Shown here piece by piece: positions 54,196-64,000 of a DNA stretch of 64,000 nucleotides. The notes under the pieces are model-generated. The model saw only the letters and a list, made by a program, of their open reading frames with translations. It searched no databases and was not told where the DNA came from. Positions within the stretch are counted from its first letter, which is position 1. Each line of letters begins with the position of its first letter. Origin of the DNA: Antedon mediterranea (Eukaryota > Animalia > Echinodermata); contig NC_092670.1 of NCBI RefSeq assembly GCF_964355755.1, positions 11,952,795-12,016,794 on the forward strand. Reading direction: 5' to 3'. The translations under genes and the position numbers were made by a program.

Positions 54196-56573
54196 TCATG
54201 GTGCATATGCCTACTAGCTTTGCGTACTAGCCAATGATCTTACTTTGCCTCTAATTGTTGTGCGTGGAAAATAAAACCAAACTCAACATATCTCGCCGGC
54301 CCTCAGAATCATTTCTAACAAACGTTTCCCAGAAGCACTGTACATTTTTATTAGCAACGCTTTTAAATTGTGCATATTCTTGGAGCGGACGACATCTAGT
54401 TGTGACTGTATGACGTTGGTCATTAATACAAATTGTCAATCTGAACTCTGAAATGAGAGATTAGTTAAATCTCATTCTCGACATTGTGTGATACAACTGA
54501 CATTCTTTGATTAACATGTATGGTAAAAATTCCTCGAAAATCGTATAAAAATAGACTAATATTAGCAACGTGTCCTGATCAAACGTATTTTACGCGGCTT
54601 AGTGTTTACCTTACGCTCGGTGTCTAGCTTTACTCGGCCTTGTTGCTTATCTTTTATGGATTAAGTCTAGTTCGATTAAACACCGATCGCACTGTATAAT
54701 TAGCGTTATTAGGTAGGCCTAGGACTAATGAATAATTTCCACTTTGGCAATGCAATTAGCGCCGGAAAACAAATATAACTGAGAACAAGTTTACAAATGG
54801 GGCCTACTGGTAGTTCTTATTCTTTATTGCCAATCAACAACAACAACACAGAACAAACAACTACAAAGTAGCCTAAGTGGCAGGAAACACAAAAGGAAAC
54901 TATATCCCTATGATAAGAGCATGTGAATACTCCTACCAAGTAGCATATAAAGATAAAATATAGCATTTCATATAAATATATATATATATCCACACAAGAA
55001 ATATCAAAAAACATTCACAAAAATACAAAAACAAGCAGAAAAGTAAAAACACCGAACTTGGTCGAAGGGGGACGGGTTTGTGTATTATGCGTATTTGTTT
55101 TTACCATATCACAACAATGATAGGTATACAATAGTGGCCCCCTAGGCCTACCGTGCCCGTTTTTTTGTTGTCTTGTAACTTATTCGCGCTTTCTACTATA
55201 TGGCTTGAGTTAAGATCATACACTAAGTTATATGGCACGTGTCAGAACAGAACTTTATTGAGTATTATTATTATTGATATCAGTTATTAGCAAAATAGCT
55301 AATAAAAGACCTATCGATGTTAGTACTAGGTCGTAATTTCAGGGGTCCACCAACAGGTAGGGTGCGCAAAGGAAGTATAGCTACTGATCTAATGGCGCCT
55401 TTCCGCGTGTATCGTCAGTGAAGTACGTTACTTTAATAAGCAGCTGGCCTAGATTAAATTACTTTGTTATTCAACAAACAATTAAGACAGGATTCTTTTT
55501 TGACACAAACAAAAACCATGACAGATTATTTGTGCAATGCCTGATGTACAAAAATCGTTAACAATTAAGTTATAACATATCGGTCGCTTGCTGACAGCTA
55601 GCGTTGTCACAGAAAACCGAATTCCTATGCCGGGTGAATCCCGCTGACGCTAGCAAGACGATGGAACACCAAATTAACCGAATGTAATATATCGGTTTTA
55701 ATTAAAGATTTCTCCTTCTATTAATACTACTAATTTAGAAATCTACCTATTGACGTCATCTTGCGTTTGGTAAAAAGAAGTTTTTCTCCTAACGTATCGG
55801 GTTGGCGTTCGGAATACATGTTGCTTGGGGATATACGGTTTTGGAAAACAATAATTTAGTAGATAGAATCTGGTTAACTTGATTAGAAACTTTGTTTTGA
55901 CATAATACTATTAATATTTCATTTAATTCAAAATTTCAAACAACCAACCTACTTTGTGTTTGATTTCTAGTTATTAACAATTAGTTGCGTTCTATAATGT
56001 CATTAATTTTTATAACATACATACCCGGTTTGGATAGAAAGTTGTAACATTTACGTCACCAAGAATTATGAATTTACCTTTCAAGATCGAATAAAAAATG
56101 CTGAGACGTCATACTTGGCTATCCTTTATTTTAATACGATTGATACATTGGAACAACGTTCAATTGGCACTGAATATTTAACATTAAATCATAATAGCCA
56201 TAGTAATACACAGTAATTGCTTGTGGTTTTATACGAGAAACTATCCCTCATGAATATTCATAAAAAAGTTTTTATTGGGTATTAATGAAGTGCGCCCTCG
56301 ATTACTTAAAAGAACGACTCGTCGATTTCAGTGCTTATTAATTGCGACACTGTCTCGAGTGGGTCAAACGCTCAAGTCAAGCAGTTTACTTACTACAATA
56401 ATCGGTTCTGTGTTTCTAAAGCCGGATACAAGTTGTACGCAAGCATCATTCGATTAAATGAATTTATTCATCAAACTGTACAAAAGCACGAGATAGATAA
56501 TATTGCCGTTTGATATTTTTACTAACTAAAAAAAAAACTGTTTATCAGGTACTTTGTATATTACTGGAGAAAA

Positions 56574-56828
56574 ATGAGTTATATGCACTCAATAGGGTTG
56601 ATTTTGGTTTACGCAATATGTTTTGTGCTCTCAAAAGGTGCCTCACAATCACGACGACACCCGCAATGTCAGGCAGTGACAACAGTTATCAAAATTTCTC
56701 AAGAGGTTTATGAACAGGATACAAAGAGGACTATGTTCTGTCGCGGAAGTGCAAATGTAACGTCGTGTGAAGGTACATGTAAATCGCGGATGATTCCCAA
56801 AGTGTCAAGCCCGCTTGGATTTACAAAG
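56574..56828 (+). CDS. pburs: Bursicon beta subunit (partner of bursicon; cystine-knot glycoprotein hormone), first coding exon
   Basis: Signal peptide, then C-x(23)-C, V-x-x-CEGTC-x-S-x-x-x-P-x-V-x-x-P-x-GFTK, matching bursicon beta ([24 protein letters not shown]). Phase-0 donor aag|gtagga. No valid second exon found in the window. Confidence 0.88.
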
Positions 56829-59800
56829 GTAGGATATCACACCGAATTGTAGTTTATTGTTATTTTGCTAATAGGCCAATTTCATTTCATTTCATAATAA
56901 CATTTATTTCCTTCATAATATACAAAATAAATAATACAATACAAAATTCATAACGAGAAGAAAGATAGTTAAAACAATACAATTTTTTTTTCTCATCTTT
57001 AAAATGCATAAAACAATATTATGACCGCTTTAAGTAAGTCATGTGTTGACTTCCAACTATTGTTATAACAGACTTCTCTGAAATTGAACATCATTCAATT
57101 ATGCACCACTTGTCAGAACATGAATCAATTTAGACATTATATGTCCCCACTCTCTGGTTAAAAGTAATTTAATTAGGTAATACAATTGCTAACCGAACAA
57201 TCGTGGTACTTTGGCGGTACTCCCTGCTTGTTTATTTTCTTGCGCTGCAATTAGTTCTACTAAACAGTTCGTAACGTAATTTTTCCTCCACTACAACAAC
57301 ATCTTGCCAGTAATGAGGCATTGTCGAATTCGTTGAATATTTGTGTACAAATATGTAAGATTTATGTAAAACATATGGAACTGACTAATGCCTGAATTTT
57401 AATCACCAGTACTTTATAGGAGTCAACAATCTAATGAAAATATTCTTCAGTGTTTAGTTAGTAGGCCCTACTGTAGTAGTCTGAAATGAGTTTTTAATTA
57501 TCTTCCCACACATCAACACTAACTATTTGGCACTAACTTATAACTTTTCACGACGCTTGGCAAGCTTAACAGACAGTATGTGGATAAACACTTTCCGTCG
57601 TTAAAATTAGAAATAAAACATGGTGAAAATTATAAATACAATGTATTCATTGATGTTTGTGGAGATATTTTTATCTCATTTCGAGAGCCGATTTAATGAG
57701 CGATTTCCCTAATGCATTATGCGATTACTTCCCTTTATTATCCCTCGGGGACACCATCGAGTTATCTTAGAAAAAAAATTCCGTAGATATAGTGTTAGTT
57801 CTCCTGTTCTTACTTAACTCTGCTGCCAACTTGCCTGACTGTTGCGTATAATATCTGAAAAAGTTGATCAACTACGAAATGCGATTTGATAAAAGAAACA
57901 ATCATATTATTATAGAATGTATCATTTATTTAATCATTAAATGTCGTATTGTCCATTTTGTTTAGTATATCAACAGACAAATTTACTATTGTTAGTCAAT
58001 TTTCCCGGCATATAGATACTATTACTGTTATCCTTGCAAATTCCATGACATAAGGTCCACATATGTTTACCATGTAAATGTATTAAAAACAATGTAAAAT
58101 GTGATGCTAATGTTCAGTCTATTAACTCTTCAGACAATTTATAATAATACTTTTTATTAAAAGAAAAACTGCATACAGACAAAATTATAATAGTTTTTCT
58201 TTTTGCAATCTATACGAGAATCGCTTGAATTCTGCAACTGTCGTATTTGACTACGATTTCTATAGTTGCACATTTTAATTAACATTCTACATTGTGTGTG
58301 TGTGTGTGTGTGTGTGTGCTGTGTGTCTGTTATATTAAAAAAAATGTGTTCTTATAGCAAAAAGAATGCATTTTATCTAGGTGTTGGTGTCTATTTCCAA
58401 ATCCAGTTTGACAGTTTTCCCACAATTCAGCTTTGTCGTACTGGTGCGACCCAAATGCACCCTAACCCATGTGGATTTATTTAGCTTAACAGTAGGCCTA
58501 ATCGATTACATTATAAATCATGTGTTTATAATCACATTTAAACATAAGTATTTAGAATGTTGATCTTAGTTTAAACGTTCGGCAATGACCCTATGACAGC
58601 CACACCACTGGTAGGTCTAAACAGCATAATTGTTTCCAAATATAAAACATTTTTACTTCAAAGAAATGTGTAGATATTCTGCTGGAAAAGAAATTGTATA
58701 TTATTAAATGTGTCTAAAGTTTGAAACTTATTAAAATGGTAAAACTATTGCTAAATAAATGGTAAAACAATTTACGGAATAGTTTAAACAATATCCCATC
58801 AAACCGGAAACTTTAAATAGTTTTGTTAACATTACTTTCACAACCACTGCTGTTTCTTACGCAGCAAATCTGGTTAAAACTTGAACTTTATACGCATGTG
58901 TGTTGGAGAAACATAATGAGCGACAGGAGTGTATGAACAGACATCATGAAAAATGAAATACTCCTACTACTAATACTACTCCGTGTGAACAAATATTTCA
59001 TCTCTCTAAATCTTTATTTATGGTTTTTATATTTTATTAATGAACTTTACAAGCATTTCATTTTTGCTGAGAGAAAACATAGTGCGCAAACATCTTCTAT
59101 CCATCGTGTTTTTGTTTGTCTTTAAAAATAACTTTCACTAGAATGTTATTTTTGTTGTCGAGAGGAAATACACAGTGTGAATAACCCTTTCTTCATCTTT
59201 CTCAATCGTTGATTTATATCCGGGCAAGTTCTCGAAGCGTGCCTATTTAGCACGCTCTCTCATCTCATTATAACGCCTGGATGAGTAATAACATACAGGT
59301 TGAGAATTCGGTATTCTATCAATATCTCACTGATTCGATTTCCCGACGTAATTATTGACTTTATCCTATGCGGATTTAAATTAAGGCAGACATGAAGTAT
59401 ATACTATTTCGATTTAGAGGATGAATACCTATCTCGTCTGTGTCATCAATATCCTAATTACTAAAGATTCAATCGTGATAATTGTTGTAAGGCTCAAAAT
59501 AACTCAATTAATTAGTTGTTGCTTAAAATAAAATCTATTACAAGAAAAGTGAGTCAGGTTAAGAGTTTAACGACATTTACAAAATTCTGAAAATTAATTT
59601 TGATTAGATTATCGTATTGCATTCCGAAAGTAAAACAAATATTTTTTTTAATGAAAATCATTTTACAACACCAATCAATATACAGTAGGTCTAAATAACA
59701 CTTTTTAAATCATTAAATAATGTAAATGTGAAATAAAAATTAAATTATTTGATTTTAATTACACTTATTCACATTAATTCAAACGTTTGACGATAACTCT

Positions 59801-60141
59801 ATTCTGTAAATTTTATTTTACATTTTGGACCATTTTAAATCATTTTAAAAAGTATTTTAATTTGGGAATTTCATGTATATCTTTGCATTGTTTTAACTAT
59901 ACGAAGCAAAGTGAATTTCCATTTTAAATAGACCGATACATTTTCTTGAATCTCAATATTAGACTATGGAAATGTTTTTTTTTTTCAAAAATGATAATTG
60001 GCCTATTGACATATTTTAATTGCAATTTGGATAATCATTTTATTTATTCATCAATTTCTGTCTTTTGTTATTATACTTTTGGTATCCATACTGGTTTTAA
60101 AAGTGGATCACAGTAACATATTTTAGGCTACATCGCAAAAA

Positions 60142-60955
60142 AAACAAGGCCAACAGCCATTAAGTCACGTGCTACAATGCATAGTAATACCAGACCGACA
60201 GACCGACAGACCGACAGACAGACAGACAGAGAGACCGACCAACCGACATAGTGAACTATACTGACCGAAATTACTGAACATGTTTAAAAATGTTGAAATG
60301 TTTAAAAACATTAATTTTTTTTTAATTTACACGTGCGTAGCCTGTCACTTTCGACGTGCTCGTATAACGTAATTTCGAGTTGAAAAGTAAGTCAAGAAAA
60401 CAGAAATCGGGCAAAAAGAGTGCGCAATAACATTTAACGCGCAATGCGCTCGCAAAAATATGCGCACTCATGGCAATTTTGTAAACGCTTAAAATTGCCT
60501 GAAATGTACTCTTATTTCATCGAAAATAAATTTTGAAAATGTTAAGCACGCGTACGCATGCGTTACATGCGCTACGCACGTAATTGTATTACCATATGAT
60601 GATTTATGCCCTGAAATTTATGAGTACCAAATTTTATTTAATTGTGATTCATGGTTGTGAAGATATGATTACAAACGTGATTTTGTTAAATCGTGCGTAG
60701 ACCGCGTAATTTTTTATTGCGCACCGTGAAAACATAACCACATTGATACCTGGCCATAAGGAATATACTGTGAAAAATTGACCTAGCTAGATTAAACTGA
60801 TATCAAGATAAGGTCAGAAAGCGATAAAACGCATAGTGATACCGGACCGACAGACAGACAGACAGACAGACCGACCGACAGACAGACCGACAGACAGACA
60901 GACAGACCGACCGACCGACATAGTGAACTATAGAGTCGCTTCCACGCGACTAAAA
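60142..60955 (-). mobile_element. Helentron/DINE-1-like element with (GACA/GACC)n microsatellites
   Basis: On the minus strand: 5' ttttagtcgcgtggaagcgact inverted repeat, gtct/gtcg microsatellite (present twice), subTIR-like agtcacgtg at about 60163 and a small ggc..gcc stem before the end. Confidence 0.75.
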
Positions 60956-63215
60956 ATCAAAGAAATACACAAAATTATACAATTGAAATGTCTTATGAAA
61001 GTAATGGTATTTTTTAAAGACATTTGATGGGAAAAACCAAACTGGTTTGGGGAAAATTTAAGAGATTATAACATGATAATTATAATTACATCAAACTATT
61101 TTACGATACCAATTTTTTTTAAATACAAAAATATGTAATAATTAAAATGTGTATATAAAAGTATATAGTATTTATTTTTAAAGGAAAATTCATTGATGGG
61201 AACAACCAACCAAACTTTCCGTAAAATTTAAGAGCTTATATAACTAGGTATATTATGGTTAAAACAGTTAAATATAAATTATCTTACGAGATCTATATAG
61301 GCCTAAATCTTTAAAATCTCATGCGTTGCGAAAATTGCATCGCGTTGAGTAAACACTAATTATTTAGCCCATTTGAACTACATGTCAAATTAAGAAAAAA
61401 AAAACACTTTCTGTCGTTAGTTTTGTTTCCGACTTCCAGCTTCCTGCCCTCATCTTGTGGGTCAAATTAGATAATGATAAGATGAGAACTTTAATCAGTA
61501 AAAGATCTTCAATGAATCGTTAAAAGTCAATAAAAACCCAGATTTATCTTGTAAATGCTTCATGGAGGCTGACGAAGATAAGAACAACCGGAAAAGTAGG
61601 CCTTACAATTAGTTACCGTGGTTTATCTTAAACCTCTTTTAGGCCACTCATTTTTTTTATTGTGAAACAAAACAAATTATATTGTTTTTTTCGGTAAAAT
61701 CATTTTAAAAATAGCAACATGACCTAAATTACCTTCATGTTTGCATCAATAAATTTAATTTTTTTTTCCGAATAAATAAAAATAGTCAAACGGAATAGAT
61801 AATTTTTTGTTGGGCAATAATCTTGTCATACCAAACTCGACTTGAGTCGAATATGAATGCAACCATCGACTTTTTTTTTTCATTTTAATAATTCCGATAT
61901 CGTTACCATTTAAAAGTGTTTTTTTTTAAATTATAGCAAGAATACCACCTAAATGAGATTATTTCGAAAAAGAGATTTCCTTAAAAGTTCAATGTTTAAG
62001 AATTTGGGTTAATAACTTGGAAATACATGTTGCTAACAAGGTGCGTAGATAAACCACAGTCTACTTATCTGAACAATACGTATGTTTTCTGTGTTTTTAA
62101 CTTTCTCTGTAAATTTGGATTTTGATCAGGGAAACTTGGAAAATTGATTACGACAAACTGACTATTCATTGTAACTTCTCAAAGTGTGTCAATGTTTAAT
62201 CATATCATATTACCTCAATAATAATTTTGATATGTTTTAGTAACAGCTAGAGGACAGATGAACTCCTTTACCTACACCTTCACATAATAGTCTGTGTGTG
62301 ACATATTACCGCAACTCACAGATTTCCGACTGTCAGGGCTTGGTCTTTAGTTACCGCTTTACCTTAGGCTAGTATTTCGTCACTTCCTACTGTAGTTCTA
62401 TATCGTCACATGGTTATGATCTTTCAGTATTATATATCATCCGGGTTGTTTTTATAGTTAAATTAGAATAATCACATTATCAACCGTTATATCAAATAAG
62501 TTTCCTAACATGTATTGTACTTTTTTCATTCTAAATTAATGATATTATGTAACACAGATACTGGCTCGCTTCATTTAATTAAATTTATAAAAAAAGAAAA
62601 AACAAAAAGGTTATAAACAAGTACATAATTATACAGTAGGTCTAATTAATAGCAATTAGTAGTTTTTCTCTCTCTAGATTGTAGTAGGCCTAATATGAGA
62701 AGTCTAGATATTATCAATGATTGTATCAAGTCCTAAATTGACCCAATGTTATGTTTGTAAACTGTGCGCACGCATTACATATTTTGCGTTTGAATGCGCA
62801 TTTGAAATTTAATGAGCTATACGGTATAATTATATACCTGATATTGTACATTTATTCCCGATTTTGTTTTGTTGGTAATCTATGCCACCAGCCTGGATAT
62901 ATACCCAATCCCACGAGACATTTACGTTTTTGATCACTTGTTATTAGATACACTTATGCATATAATTTTAAAAGAAGATTTAGGCCCTAAATAGATCCTA
63001 AAATAAATTTTCCCAACGGATGGAAGACATATTAGGCCTAAAAAAAAAAGTTTGTTTGCTGTCATCCGCCGCCCCTAATTTCGTCAAAAATTTGGGGCGG
63101 AGATAAGACGTTTTTACGTTGAGGGCGCTTAAAAAAAAGTTTTTTTATGATTTTTTTTGGCCGAAAAGGTGTAAAAATCAAGTGTGCGAGGATGAAACAA
63201 TAAAAATAATAACGT

Positions 63216-63300
63216 AGCGTATATTTCGGTGTATAATCGCACTTTTGACACGCAAATTTAACCTCTAAATTAAGGGTGCGTCTTATACACCGAACATAAA
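63216..63300 (+). mobile_element. Probable left end of a Tc2/pogo-like DNA transposon
   Basis: tagcgtatatttcggtgtataatcgcac...gtgcgtcttatacaccga, a terminus with an internal inverted repeat. The right end is not in the window. Confidence 0.45.
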
Positions 63301-63837
63301 TGCCTCAACACACAGATATCGCCACCTCGTTGGCTACGCTTGGGCTTTTTAAGGCAAGGCCTAGGCCTATTAGTATTATTACTAAAGAGTAGGCCTAGCC
63401 TAGCTACAGTGTACTAGCGTAACAGCAACCTGCTAGTTTTCAAGACATTTTAGCGTGATTTTGTACTAAATATGATGAAAAGATTTGTTCATTATGGAGC
63501 TGTTTTAGGCGCTCCGATAAAATTTCATTTGTAAACGTTTACGATTGGATTATAGTTATACGCACGACCGTCGTACCCCCAGCGCGAGCGAGCCCTTCTT
63601 GGCAACCACATGGTGTACAGTATTCGCCTAGTATATTCTCCAGTTGATTATAGCATAGCATAGCATAGCATAGCATAGACCTAGCGTACACACTTCTAGG
63701 ATACATAGATACTAATCGAATACGATTGTCCGTGAAATCGTGAGCCTCTCGATAAAAGGATCGAGCGAGGCTAGCCAACACACACGTGCGGTCATGCACT
63801 CGATGTTGCGGGTGCGAAACTCATGAATAACAAGTTA

Positions 63838-64000
63838 AGCGTGGTTCCCACTAGAACGTAACGCAAGGACGTAAACGCAACGCAAGCGTTTTAACCAATG
63901 ACATGCGAAGTTATAGACATTTAGCAATCACAAGCGAATAAGTCATCGCTTGTGATTGGTCAATTCACTTGCGTTGCGTTACGTCCTTGTGCTGCGTCGC
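63838..64000. mobile_element. MITE family C copy (cut by the window end)
   Basis: Nearly identical to 26150-26328. Confidence 0.88.

Noticed and set aside
60836-61027. ORF with TDRQ/TDRP repeats
   Set aside because: Translation of a GACA/GACC microsatellite in a Helentron-like element.

Overview
AT-rich eukaryotic (animal, probably marine invertebrate such as an echinoderm; inferred from a bursicon subunit, vertebrate-like housekeeping genes and the repeat landscape) genomic DNA with GT-AG introns, so most ORF-track entries are spurious. Genes assembled by hand from exons: 5' end of a probable C2HC zinc-finger (ZNF474-like) gene (-, left edge), TMEM18 (+), an orphan tail-anchored protein (-), an SDR16C-family dehydrogenase (-), pyrroline-5-carboxylate reductase (-), OVCA2/FSH1 serine hydrolase (+) and the first coding exon of bursicon beta (+). 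Introns and intergenic DNA carry many mobile elements: a decayed CR1/L2-group LINE, a 5.8-kb CACTA/EnSpm-type element with nested insertions, three Helentron/DINE-like elements, Harbinger- and Kolobok-type MITEs, 5S/tRNA-derived SINEs and several minisatellites. The most notable observation is five 28-36 bp hairpins with CA(T/G)(G/A)GAG ends, each between 7-bp direct repeats. They look like excision footprints of P-superfamily transposons. All calls come from reading the sequence; no searches were run.
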